A stretch of 64,000 nt of DNA from Candidatus Dormiibacterota bacterium (GCA_049283735.1 JBAPWO010000071.1:19221-83220); one strand, 5' to 3'. Numbered from the stretch's first letter, positions 1 to 12,001 are shown. Numbers and translations are program-made. Notes: generated by a model not told the origin, from the sequence alone.

Positions 1-73
1 CGAGCGGATCATCAAGCACACCAAGAACTGCAAAGCCGCGTAGGGCAGCGCTGATGCGGGCGCGGACCGGCGC

Positions 74-727
74 GTGATGGCCATCGAAGTCCCGCTGTTT
101 CCGCTCGGCACCGTGCTCTTCCCGCACATGCCCATGTCGCTCCACATCTTCGAGGAGCGCTACAAGACGATGATGCGCGACTGCCGCAGGTCATCGACGA
201 CCTTCGGCATCGTGGCCATCCGCTCGGGTCAGGAGACGGGCGGCGGCGCGGTCCCGTTCGAGGTCGGCACCCTGGCGCAGCTCGACGAGATCGAGGAGCT
301 CCCGGACGGCGGGTACAACCTCGTGGTCGTGGGAGCATCTCGCTTTCACATCGATGCGCTCAGCCACAACCGGCCGTATCTCGTCGGAACGGTCCACTAC
401 CTTCAGGACGTCCCGGCACCGGCCGGCGACACCGAACGCCTCGCATCAGCGGTGACCTCGGCATTTCGTGGGTACGCCGGGCAGCTCCGCGGGATCGGTC
501 AGGAAGATGCGTTCGAGTTCGGTGTGCCCACCGACCCGGAGTTGCTCTCGTATCTCGTCGCCGCCGCGATGCAGGTCGAGACCGCGCAGCGGCAGCGGTT
601 GCTCGAGATCGACGGCACCGCAGAGCGGCTCGCGGCCTGTCTGCGCCTGCTCCGCCGTGAAGCGGCGCTCCTCGACCGCATGCTGGTTCGCTCGAAGGAC
701 CACGCCGGCACCTCCAGCCTCAACTGA
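74..727 (+). CDS. Lon N-terminal (substrate-binding, PUA-like) domain protein
   Basis: 217-aa ORF beginning MMAIEVPLFPLGTVLFPHMPMSLHIFEERY, the typical start of LON_substr_bdg-only proteins. No ATPase or protease domain follows. Confidence 0.8.
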   Translation: MMAIEVPLFPLGTVLFPHMPMSLHIFEERYKTMMRDCRRSSTTFGIVAIRSGQETGGGAVPFEVGTLAQLDEIEELPDGGYNLVVVGASRFHIDALSHNRPYLVGTVHYLQDVPAPAGDTERLASAVTSAFRGYAGQLRGIGQEDAFEFGVPTDPELLSYLVAAAMQVETAQRQRLLEIDGTAERLAACLRLLRREAALLDRMLVRSKDHAGTSSLN

Positions 728-729
728 CG

Positions 730-1497
730 GTGACGATCGCAGAGCGGTTCTCCCTCGACGGACGCGTCGCGCTGGTCACGGGTGGGAGCCGGGGCATTGG
801 ACTGGCGATCGCCACAGCGCTCGCCGAGGCGGGGGCAACCGTCGCCCTCAACGCCCGTCATGCGGATGCGTGCGAGGCCGGTGTGGCGCAGGTCATCGCC
901 GCCGGCGGCACCGCGATCGCCGTACCCGGACACGTCGGAGAGGCGGCGACCTGCGAGGCGATCGTCGCGGGTGTGATGCTTCAGTTGGGGCGGCTCGACA
1001 TTCTGGTGAACAACGCCGCCACCAACCCGCAGTACGGGCCGATCCTCGACGCAGACGAGGGGGCGATCAACAAGATCTGGGACGTCAACGTCATGGGTCC
1101 GATCCGGCTCACCCGCCATGCGGTCGCCGCGTGGATGCGCGAGCACGGTGGCAGCGTCATCAACATGGCGTCGGTCGCGGGGATACGCCCGGAGGCCTTG
1201 ACCGGCGCGTACAACGCGAGCAAGGCCGCGCTCATCACGCTCACTCGCACGCTCTCACGGGAACTGGGACCGCTCGGGATCCGGGTCAACGCGATCGCCC
1301 CGGGGCTCGTCGAAACCAAGCTCGCGCGCTACCTCGTGGAAACCCCCGAGATCCACGAGCATATCCTTGCGCAGACCGCGCTCGGCCGCCACGCCGTTCC
1401 CGACGAGATTGCAGGAGCCGCGCTGTTCCTCGCATCGGACGCGGCGTCGTTCGTGACCGGGTCCGTCCTGGTCGTCGACGGCGGATGGACCGCGTAG
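730..1497 (+). CDS. SDR-family oxidoreductase (3-oxoacyl-ACP-reductase-like)
   Basis: GTG start 2 nt after the Lon-domain stop. TGGSRGIG Rossmann motif, NNAA, and a YxxxK active site (YNASKAA). Confidence 0.85.
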   Translation: MTIAERFSLDGRVALVTGGSRGIGLAIATALAEAGATVALNARHADACEAGVAQVIAAGGTAIAVPGHVGEAATCEAIVAGVMLQLGRLDILVNNAATNPQYGPILDADEGAINKIWDVNVMGPIRLTRHAVAAWMREHGGSVINMASVAGIRPEALTGAYNASKAALITLTRTLSRELGPLGIRVNAIAPGLVETKLARYLVETPEIHEHILAQTALGRHAVPDEIAGAALFLASDAASFVTGSVLVVDGGWTA

Positions 1498-1566
1498 GCG
1501 AAACATTCCCATGTCGCGAATGGGAGAATCGCGAAGAGACGAGGGGCACTCGGAGGGTTATCAGCA

Positions 1567-3141
<1,575 letters not shown>

Positions 3142-3151
3142 GCCCGCAGAG

Positions 3152-5098
3152 CTACGTGACGTCGATGACGAGGCGAGCGCCCGATAGGTAGTAGGCGTCG
3201 AACGGCGCGTTCTTCCGCAGCGTGACCTTGAAGATCAGGCGACCGGTGTTACGCACCATCGGGAGCGGTACCACCGACGCGACCACCTGGCCCGGCGGCA
3301 TCACCGCGACGTTCGCCGCGCCGTTGACTCCGCTGAACTCGACGTACAGCGTCGTCGATCCCGCGTAGCCGATCACCGTCGCCGGGCTTCCCGTGACGGT
3401 GTCGGGGAACGCCATGTCGAAGACCAGACGGAAGTCGTTGGGATGCTCACCGTAGCGAACGTCGGCCACCGAGAACCCGCTGCTCCCGGTGCCGATGGTC
3501 TTGGCTCCGGTGAGTTGCTGCGGCGTCGGCGCCGCGGGGATGACGGCGGTGGGAGCGGGGGTCGCGACCGGAAGCGGCGCCGTCGTGGGCGGTGTGGTGG
3601 CGTGGAGCGTCGGTGTCGACCGGGGAATGTTGGAGGCGACCAGCGGTCCCGTGGTGGTGACCTGCCTGCCGATGAGCAGACCGACCAGCATCAGGAGCAC
3701 CGTCACGGCGCCAAACAGCCAGAGGCGCCGGTCGCGATCGGCTGCCCCGACCGCGGGACCACCCAACGGCAGCACGTGGCGACCGGTCACCGGTTGGGCC
3801 GGGTTCCATCCACGCCGATCCGACCGCTGCGAGTGGAGGCGGCGAACGTGACGTCCCGGAACCGGTGGAGACGCCGGCTCTGCGTCGACCCCGAACTGCG
3901 TCTCCTCCTCTGGGGAATCCGGGATGTCGATCTCGGGGATGGGCATCGGGGCGACGACGGCGCTGAGATCCTCGACCGTAACCGCAGCCGCCGCGTCCGC
4001 CGGGGAGGGGGTGCGTTCCAGTGGGGCCGCAAGGCTGGCCACCTCGTTGAGCACGTCGGCCAGCTCGAGCGGCGCCGTGGCTTCGGGCGTCTGGCCTGGG
4101 TCGTGCACCGCGGGCACGTCGGAATCCGGCGAGTCCTTCTCGACGACCGCCTCCTTCGACACCGGCTCCGCTGTGATGCGCGCCATGAACCGGTTGACTC
4201 GTTTCGATTTGACCGCTGGCGGCGGCGAGGCCTCGACGGCTTCAGGGGCGGTTTCGGCCACGATCGGCGCGGTGTCGCTCCAGTGCTGGGTGCGCGCGCG
4301 CTGATTCCATCTCGGTGCGCCCACGCCGCTGACGATCTCGACCCCCGAGTCGAACTTCGACCCGGCCCCACGCCGCAGCGCGAGGCGAACGGCGAGTGCG
4401 TCGCGGAGACGCTGGAACGCGCTCGGGCCCGCGGCCAGGCGCGGCGCCACCGGCCCACGTGCCGATGTGGACAGGTCGGGTGGTTGCGGCTCAGTTGAGG
4501 CCTGGGGCGGCTGCGGCGCGCCGAACTCGGGTTCATCCCGCCGGCGATCCACCGGCTGCGGCTCGGCGTCGAGATCGGCCATCGGCTGGGGGTCGGGCAT
4601 GATCATCGATTCGGGGGCGGAAAAGGCGTGCACCGGGGGCGGCGCGGGGACCGTGGTTGCGATCTGGTCGATGGTCTCGTCCCAGAGTAGGAGTTCGGGC
4701 GGATCGGCGACCGCGATGGTCGGCGTGCGTTCGCCGATCAGTTCACGGGGCTGCGCCTGGTCCTGCCCTTTGCGCGGCGACCATGGCAACGCGGCTCCGC
4801 GTTCCGCGCCGAACCACGGAGGAGCCTCGACTGAAGCCGGTCGGTCGTGGCGCACAGGTCCTTCGGGCAAGTCGTCCTCCTCGGCGATCAAACCGATCTG
4901 GCTGAACAGGTCGTGCACGGCGTCGTCGGGCACATGGACGCGGGCGAGATCCCCGATGCGCCCTGATTCCTCGCGGAGGTGGCCGACCGCCGTGCGGCAG
5001 CGTTCGCACGCGACGAGGTGCGCCTGGAGCTCACCGGTCGGCTCGGGGTCGAGCTCGGCGTCGATGTAGCTGCTGAGCGCGAGGAGGCTGCACCTCAT
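3152..5098 (-). CDS. zinc-finger (ZAS-type) anti-sigma factor with long Pro-rich linker, one TM helix and an extracytoplasmic C-terminal domain
   Basis: Starts MRCSLLALSSYIDAELDPEPTGELQAHLVACERCRTA (HxxxCxxC anti-sigma motif). ATGA start/stop overlap with the upstream sigma-factor gene. TM segment LWLFGAVTVLLMLVGLLIG. I trimmed the tracked ORF (to 5395) to the ATG at 5098. Confidence 0.7.
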   Translation of the reverse strand: MRCSLLALSSYIDAELDPEPTGELQAHLVACERCRTAVGHLREESGRIGDLARVHVPDDAVHDLFSQIGLIAEEDDLPEGPVRHDRPASVEAPPWFGAERGAALPWSPRKGQDQAQPRELIGERTPTIAVADPPELLLWDETIDQIATTVPAPPPVHAFSAPESMIMPDPQPMADLDAEPQPVDRRRDEPEFGAPQPPQASTEPQPPDLSTSARGPVAPRLAAGPSAFQRLRDALAVRLALRRGAGSKFDSGVEIVSGVGAPRWNQRARTQHWSDTAPIVAETAPEAVEASPPPAVKSKRVNRFMARITAEPVSKEAVVEKDSPDSDVPAVHDPGQTPEATAPLELADVLNEVASLAAPLERTPSPADAAAAVTVEDLSAVVAPMPIPEIDIPDSPEEETQFGVDAEPASPPVPGRHVRRLHSQRSDRRGWNPAQPVTGRHVLPLGGPAVGAADRDRRLWLFGAVTVLLMLVGLLIGRQVTTTGPLVASNIPRSTPTLHATTPPTTAPLPVATPAPTAVIPAAPTPQQLTGAKTIGTGSSGFSVADVRYGEHPNDFRLVFDMAFPDTVTGSPATVIGYAGSTTLYVEFSGVNGAANVAVMPPGQVVASVVPLPMVRNTGRLIFKVTLRKNAPFDAYYLSGARLVIDVT

Positions 5099-5616
5099 AG
5101 GGCGATCTCTCGATAGATCGAACCGAACTCGCGCCGCGCGGCTGCGACCAGCCGGGCTGCCGCCTCGGGTGAGCACTCGAGCGCCCTCGACATCTCGTTG
5201 TAGTCGAGACCGCACAGATCGCGGAGCAGCAGGGCCGCCCTTCGGTCGAAGCCGAGCATGGCAAGGGCGCGCTTGACGGTGTTGATGCGACCGGCGCTGA
5301 CGTCGTCGACCTCCACGCGAATCGATCCGGAGCCACGCCGGAACATCCGGCCGATGCCCTGAGGCCGGGGTGGAAAGCGCTGACCGTGCCGGCATGCGCG
5401 GGTCACCGCGCGATACAGGGCCGCCCGGCCGTCGACGCGCAGACGCGCGGGTGGGTAGCGGCTCGCGTGATGGATGCCGCCGGCGACGTACGCCACCGCG
5501 TCGGCCTGGTGATTCACCAGGTGGGTGGCAAACGTGACGAGATCATCGAGCTGCTCGCGTGCGGTAGCGGCAAGCTCGCGCGCCTCGGGAGCGATGTGTG
5601 CTGAGACGTTGATCAT
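5095..5616 (-). CDS. ECF (sigma-70 family) RNA polymerase sigma factor
   Basis: Region-4 HTH LRDLCGLDYNEMSRALECSPEAAARLV; region-2-like LYRAVTRACRHG. Start chosen at MINVSAH; the exact start is uncertain. Confidence 0.65.
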   Translation of the reverse strand: MINVSAHIAPEARELAATAREQLDDLVTFATHLVNHQADAVAYVAGGIHHASRYPPARLRVDGRAALYRAVTRACRHGQRFPPRPQGIGRMFRRGSGSIRVEVDDVSAGRINTVKRALAMLGFDRRAALLLRDLCGLDYNEMSRALECSPEAAARLVAAARREFGSIYREIAL

Positions 5617-5690
5617 GACGTTTGCGCTGTTGGGGCGCGGAGTACGGTCGAAGAATAGCCGGGACTCCGCTCTGCGGTCAAGGCGCGAGA

Positions 5691-6428
5691 TCAAGACGAA
5701 GTGTGCACCAACTCCCCACCGGTGATCCCGGACGCCCGGTCGAGCCCGGCTCGGAGCCACGCGGCCGCGGGCATGCCGATGTCGGCGACCCAGATGGCGC
5801 CGGCGTGACTCGCGCCGTCTCCTCGCTGCAGGCCGCGCTTCATCGCGGTCAGCGTGCAGGTCAGGGCGGCCTGCACGGTCGGGTCGAACGCCTCCCCGGT
5901 CGTGGCATCCAGACCGCTCGGAACGTCGACGCTGAGGACGGGAACGCCGGACTCGTTGAGCGTTCGGATCGCGCTCCCCTGGGGCTCGCGGGGCGCGCTG
6001 CGCAGCCCGGTGCCGAGGATGGCGTCAATCACCAGTTCGGCTCCCCTCACGACGCTGCGTGCGGCTGCTGGATCCGCGTCGACAACCACGTCGACGCCGC
6101 AGGACCGCGCCGACACGACGTGATCGCGCACGACACCGGTCACCCGCGCCTCATCGCCGAGCACGAGCGCCCGTACCGCACATCCCCAGGTGACGAGATG
6201 TCTCGCGGCGACCAGCCCGTCGCCTCCGTTGTTGCCATAGCCGGCGACAACGCCGACACCGGACGGCCGCCCCAGATGGCGCCACGCACACCGCGCAACC
6301 TGCCATCCGGCGATCTCCATGAGTTGAAGCGTGGACACGCCGCACTCCACGGCCGCGGCGTCGAGGCGCGCCACGTCCTCCGACGTCAGCTCGCCGAGCC
6401 CTCCGTCGATCCCGGGGCTCGCGCTCAC
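5691..6428 (-). CDS. nnrE: NAD(P)H-hydrate epimerase (YjeF N-terminal domain)
   Basis: GYGNNGGDG motif, about 245 aa, no carbohydrate-kinase half. ATGA overlap with the upstream gene. Confidence 0.8.
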   Translation of the reverse strand: MSASPGIDGGLGELTSEDVARLDAAAVECGVSTLQLMEIAGWQVARCAWRHLGRPSGVGVVAGYGNNGGDGLVAARHLVTWGCAVRALVLGDEARVTGVVRDHVVSARSCGVDVVVDADPAAARSVVRGAELVIDAILGTGLRSAPREPQGSAIRTLNESGVPVLSVDVPSGLDATTGEAFDPTVQAALTCTLTAMKRGLQRGDGASHAGAIWVADIGMPAAAWLRAGLDRASGITGGELVHTSS

Positions 6429-7195
6429 GCCAGCTCGACCTCCACCCTGTCACCCGCGCGCGGACCACCGGCAGCGGCGGCACCGGTACCGAGGCCGGCG
6501 ATCTCGAGGTGGCCGGCGCTGCCGATCAACGCGCCCGATCCGGTGGCGATCTGCGCGTATGTCGCAACCATGGCGGCCGAGCCGCCACCCGGCCAGATGA
6601 CCGAACGGACGGCTGCGCCACCGAAGTCGTCGGCGCGGATGGTTGTGATCGCGTTGCCGAAGTGGTCGACCACGACGACCCTCCCGGTGATGCGGGTGCC
6701 CACCCGCTCCGCGAAAGCGCCGGCGAGGACGACCGGGTCGTCGATCGGATCGCCGGCCACGTCGAACCGTTCCTTTGATGACAGCTCCGCCGCGAAGGGC
6801 GCGAAGACGTCGCGACCGTGGAACGTCGGCGACGCGTCCCGCGCGATGTCGATGCTCACGGCCCGACGATCGCCCGGCGGCGTCTCGTCCCAGAGGTACG
6901 AAACCAGACCGTTGTCCGGAGCGACGCAGCGGATGCTGCCCACCTTGATGGCAATTGCGCGCCGCTTCGTGCCGACGCCCGGGTCGACCACTGCGCAGAA
7001 CACCGCACCTCCGCTGAAGGCGCGCGCCAGCGCCTTGAGCTGGTACGCCCCCGCGAGCACATCTCCAAAAGGAATCCCATGCGTTCCCTCGACACAGATG
7101 GCGTGCGGGTCGACACGCATAGCAGCGCCGGTGAGCGCCGCCGCATATGCGTCGTCGCGTCCAAAGTCGGTGACGAAGACGATCGGCTGCCGCAT
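6425..7195 (-). CDS. SAM hydroxide adenosyltransferase family protein (DUF62, SAM hydrolase)
   Basis: MRQPIVFVTDFGRDDAYAAALTGA N-terminus typical of DUF62. The tracked ORF runs to 7381, but the 62-aa leader is Ser/Thr/Ala-rich and atypical for the family, so I start at 7195. Confidence 0.7.
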   Translation of the reverse strand: MRQPIVFVTDFGRDDAYAAALTGAAMRVDPHAICVEGTHGIPFGDVLAGAYQLKALARAFSGGAVFCAVVDPGVGTKRRAIAIKVGSIRCVAPDNGLVSYLWDETPPGDRRAVSIDIARDASPTFHGRDVFAPFAAELSSKERFDVAGDPIDDPVVLAGAFAERVGTRITGRVVVVDHFGNAITTIRADDFGGAAVRSVIWPGGGSAAMVATYAQIATGSGALIGSAGHLEIAGLGTGAAAAGGPRAGDRVEVELA

Positions 7196-7220
7196 GGCGG
7201 ACTTCGCTACCGTACCAGCG

Positions 7221-7613
7221 ATGGAGAATCCGCCGAGCGCTCCCGAGCAGGCACCGGTGGCGGCGGCCACCGAGGACCGCGCGCGCCGAAGCCGGCCGGT
7301 CTGGGGGATGCCGGTCGCGGTGATCGCGCTGGTTGTGATCGTGGTGCTGTTCGTTGTCGGCTTCACCGGGCTCTTCGCCAACCCGGTGCGATCGGTGAGC
7401 TCCGACGGGACTACGACGCTCTCAGGAAGCTTCGAGCCCTACCAGTGCAACCCGACGAGCTGCGACGGGTACATCTCCGCCGGGGCACGCAGCGTGTTCG
7501 TGGTCTTTCCGCACGGATGCGCACCGCCTCAGCGCGCCGCGACAATCACCGTCGCCGGCAAACCCGCGCCGGATCTCGGCAACGCCTCGTACCGGGCGAC
7601 CGCCTGCCCCTGA
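7221..7613 (+). CDS. putative small membrane protein (one TM helix, Cys-containing C-terminus)
   Basis: MENPPSAPEQ...PVWGMPVAVIALVVIVVLFVVGFTGLF...CNPTSCDGY, embedded in a long spurious + ORF. An alternative ATG at 7194 overlaps the divergent DUF62 start. Confidence 0.25.
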   Translation: MENPPSAPEQAPVAAATEDRARRSRPVWGMPVAVIALVVIVVLFVVGFTGLFANPVRSVSSDGTTTLSGSFEPYQCNPTSCDGYISAGARSVFVVFPHGCAPPQRAATITVAGKPAPDLGNASYRATACP

Positions 7614-7637
7614 ACGGCTACTCCCAGCGGAGGCTCT

Positions 7638-8180
7638 TCACGCGGCGGGTGCGATCCCTGTCAGGCGCCATCCACGATGGGCCACCAGCCAGCCCCCATC
7701 AGCCACCTCGTGAGCCTCGTCGTCCGCGGCCGTGTCGACCGCCGGGTCGCGCTCGAACGTCCAGTCCTGGGTACCCGAGGTGCTGCCGTTGATGCTGAAA
7801 CGCACGACCGCTCGCTCGCGACCGTTCGTGACCATTGCCGCGGTGACTTCCGCCGACGCGATGTCCGCATCCAGCCCGGGCGCGCCATCGGTGTACGCGT
7901 CCTGCAGCACCCGAAACGCATCTCTGGCGATCAGCAGAAAGCGATCGGGGCTGAATTCGGGGTCAACCCGAGTCACCGACGCGAGATCGAGGCCCGGTAC
8001 GGCTGCTTCGCCGCGTTCGTGAAACTCACGGTCGAGGTCGGTGAGCATCGTGGCGTCGAGCGCGTCGAGTTGCGCTGCGTCGGCGTCACGTTTGGCGAGA
8101 CGGCTCCCGATCCCGGTGACGTGCAGGAATCCGGAGCCGAGTGACTCCGCGAGGGAGTGGTCTGGCTGCGCGTCGCTCAT
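7638..8180 (-). CDS. hypothetical protein, Tim44-like-domain candidate
   Basis: 180-aa ORF with high GC3. The ARDAFRVLQDAYTDG segment resembles the conserved core of bacterial Tim44-like domains. Confidence 0.4.
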   Translation of the reverse strand: MSDAQPDHSLAESLGSGFLHVTGIGSRLAKRDADAAQLDALDATMLTDLDREFHERGEAAVPGLDLASVTRVDPEFSPDRFLLIARDAFRVLQDAYTDGAPGLDADIASAEVTAAMVTNGRERAVVRFSINGSTSGTQDWTFERDPAVDTAADDEAHEVADGGWLVAHRGWRLTGIAPAA

Positions 8181-8296
8181 GGAGATACCTCTGAAACCGG
8201 ATTCGAAGCTCGAATCTACTCAGGGCCGCTCCGTGCCAGTCCGGGTGTCGCCGGGTTGTAGCCGATCGTTGATCGAGTCATCGCGACTGTCAGATA

Positions 8297-8331
8297 TAGA
8301 AAAGAGCGGCCCGGGAACCCCGGACCGCCCT
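8297..8331 (-). terminator. intrinsic terminator downstream of groEL
   Basis: Minus-strand hairpin GGGCGGTCCGGGG-TTC-CCGGGCCGCTC followed by TTTTCTATAT, 25 nt past the groEL stop. Confidence 0.4.
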
Positions 8332-8355
8332 TTCAGGAATCGGATCAGTTACCGA

Positions 8356-9966
<1,611 letters not shown>

Positions 9967-10020
9967 GGTTCCTCCTGGTTTGATCCTCTAGCCTAGGGTT
10001 CCAGGAGCTAGTTTAGCACT

Positions 10021-10074
10021 CGGGTGGTCTGACTGCTAGCGGGTGACGGGGACGAGTGCTAAACGACGGCCGCC
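10021..10074. promoter_or_regulatory. CIRCE-like HrcA operator with atypical spacing
   Basis: Perfect inverted repeat GTTTAGCACTC ... GAGTGCTAAAC, whose core matches the CIRCE arms TTAGCACTC/GAGTGCTAA. It lies 55-110 nt upstream of the groEL start, but the spacer is 32 nt instead of 9. Confidence 0.45.
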
Positions 10075-10131
10075 GGATCGCACCACCGCTGGTGCGATCC
10101 GGAATGGCCGGCCATTCCTCTCGAAACCCGG

Positions 10132-10326
10132 TCAGCGACTAGGGTTCTTGACGTGGCCTTCGGTGTCGTCCTCGTCAGGCGTCGCCCGAGGGTAAACGGA
10201 GGGCTGCTCTGCGGGGTCGGCGCTCCTGTTTACGAACTTGTGTCCGGAGGTGTCCTCTTCGTCTTCGTCGGTCTCGCTGCCGTGGACCCCCGGGGCTGCC
10301 TGCTCGTCGGCCTTGTCCGTGCTCAT
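10132..10326 (-). CDS. small acidic hypothetical protein (64 aa)
   Basis: MSTDKADEQAAPGVHGSETDEDEEDTSGHKF...; high GC3; sits between crp and groEL on the same strand. Confidence 0.3.
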   Translation of the reverse strand: MSTDKADEQAAPGVHGSETDEDEEDTSGHKFVNRSADPAEQPSVYPRATPDEDDTEGHVKNPSR

Positions 10327-10479
10327 TGCCTGTCTCCTGTGGCGGCTGGGCCGCTGCTGTTGTGTTGCCCACATTCTGCGGAATCGAGATGGGGGAGTCA
10401 GTCGTCCAGCTGACAGCTTCCCTGTCGGCGTTCTGACACGGCGGGGCAGCGACGACGGCGCAGGCAGGAGCCGGCGATA

Positions 10480-11175
10480 TCAGTCGTGCTGGCCTGCTCT
10501 GCGTTGCAGCAGTTCCGGCTTCCGGATCACAATGCGCCGGCCGTCCAGCTCGACATACCCCAGCCGCTCAAAGGCGTTGAGGACCTGGTTGACGCTCTGG
10601 CGCGAACCGCCAACCATGTTGGCGAGGTCCGACTGGGTCAGATGCAGGTCCAGCGCCCGTCCCCCCGGTACGGGGGTGCCGCGCTCGTCCGCGAGGCGGA
10701 GCAGAAGTTTCGCGACGCGACCGTGCAGGTCCAGGAACACCAGGTCGGCGGCCTGGTCGGTAAGCCGGCGCACCATCGTTCCCAGCGACCGCAGGAGACG
10801 GTCGACCAGCTCGGGCGAACCCCGAAGCGCTTCCAGCAACGCAGTTCGGCTGATCAGCAACACTGTCGTGGCTTCAACCGCCGCGGCCGATGCCGACCTC
10901 AGGCCACCATCGACCGTGGGCAGCTCGCCGAACACCGATGACGGTTCCAGGGTCACGAGCAGCATCTCGTCGCCGTCAGGCGAGCTCCGGTACACCTTGA
11001 CCAGACCGGTGACGACAACACACAGTGCGTCACCGGCGTCGTCCTCACGGAAGATGACCTCTCCGCGCCCATACGACCGCCGGACCCCCTTCTCGGCAAG
11101 CCGCTGCACCGCGTCCGGCGGAAGCGTCCCAAAGAGGGAGGTGTTCTGCAGGAGCGCCTCATCGCCGCTGGTCAT
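10480..11175 (-). CDS. Crp/Fnr-family transcriptional regulator (cNMP-binding plus HTH)
   Basis: Starts MTSGDEALLQNTSLFGTLP with GGGAGG upstream. cNMP-binding beta-roll GEVIFREDDAGDALCVVVTGLVKV; C-terminal HTH SQSDLANMVGGSRQSVNQVL. Trimmed from the tracked ORF. Confidence 0.85.
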   Translation of the reverse strand: MTSGDEALLQNTSLFGTLPPDAVQRLAEKGVRRSYGRGEVIFREDDAGDALCVVVTGLVKVYRSSPDGDEMLLVTLEPSSVFGELPTVDGGLRSASAAAVEATTVLLISRTALLEALRGSPELVDRLLRSLGTMVRRLTDQAADLVFLDLHGRVAKLLLRLADERGTPVPGGRALDLHLTQSDLANMVGGSRQSVNQVLNAFERLGYVELDGRRIVIRKPELLQRRAGQHD

Positions 11176-11251
11176 TCGAGGTGCCTCCCTAGTCATCCCG
11201 TTTACGGGCGCGCTCCGATGGCGCCGGCGAATTGTAGAGTGCCGGAACACC

Positions 11252-12001
11252 ATGGGTGATCGCGATTCGACGAGAGACGTGCTGGCGGATCTGACGCAGC
11301 TCGCGGCCGACCTCGGTCCGGTGCTCCGCCCCCGCCGCGACGAGGAGTTTCTGCAGGCAATCGTCGAAACCGCGCGCCTCGTCTTCGACGCCGCCGCCTG
11401 CTCGATCGCGCTCTTCGACGAGCGCGAGGAGGAGCTCGAGTTCCGTGTCGCCGCTGGGAGTGGCGCCGAGGCGACCATCGGCCTGCGTATCCCCGCAGAT
11501 CGCGGGATCGCGGGCTGGGCGCTCATGTCCGGACAGTCGATCGCCGTCGACGACGTCCGCCAGGATCCGCGCTTCGCCGCAGATGTCGCCGAGCGCACCG
11601 GCTACGTGCCCAACGCGATCATGGCCATGCCGCTGGAGAGCGAGCGCCAGACCTTCGGCGTTATCGAGGTGCTCGACCGTCAGCGGCGTGGCGGCGAAGG
11701 CGTCGACGACATGGAGTTGCTCGCCCTGTTCGCGCGACAGGCGACCCTTGCGGTCGAGACATCGCGGATCTTCTCGGACCTCGGACAGGCGATCCTCGAG
11801 TCGGCCGCGCTCGCGACCCAGCGAGACGACCTTCGCACCGCCCTCGAGCAGCGAGCGCGTCAGGCACCGCGACCCCAGGCGGAGCTTGCCGAGCTGGCGC
11901 TGCTCTTCCACGATCTCGGCGTCCTCGGGCCGGAGGAACGGCGTGTCGCCGCGCGCATTGCGGACGACTTTCTCGCGTACGCACGCAAGCAGCGCCGTTG
12001 A
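11252..12001 (+). CDS. GAF-domain protein
   Basis: MGDRDSTRDVLADL..., then GAF core AACSIALFDEREEELEFRVAAG...IAGWALMSGQSIAVDDVRQDPRF. Divergent from crp; its stop overlaps the next start (ATGA). Confidence 0.75.
   Translation: MGDRDSTRDVLADLTQLAADLGPVLRPRRDEEFLQAIVETARLVFDAAACSIALFDEREEELEFRVAAGSGAEATIGLRIPADRGIAGWALMSGQSIAVDDVRQDPRFAADVAERTGYVPNAIMAMPLESERQTFGVIEVLDRQRRGGEGVDDMELLALFARQATLAVETSRIFSDLGQAILESAALATQRDDLRTALEQRARQAPRPQAELAELALLFHDLGVLGPEERRVAARIADDFLAYARKQRR

Noticed and set aside
5622-7613. 663-aa plus-strand ORF spanning the nnrE/DUF62 region
   Set aside because: Almost entirely antisense to two well-supported minus-strand genes. Only its last about 130 codons (reported separately as a low-confidence small TM protein) look protein-like.
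10238-11251. 5' two-thirds of the 587-aa plus ORF (10238-12001)
   Set aside because: Antisense to the Crp regulator. Only the 3' part from the ATG at 11252 encodes the GAF protein.
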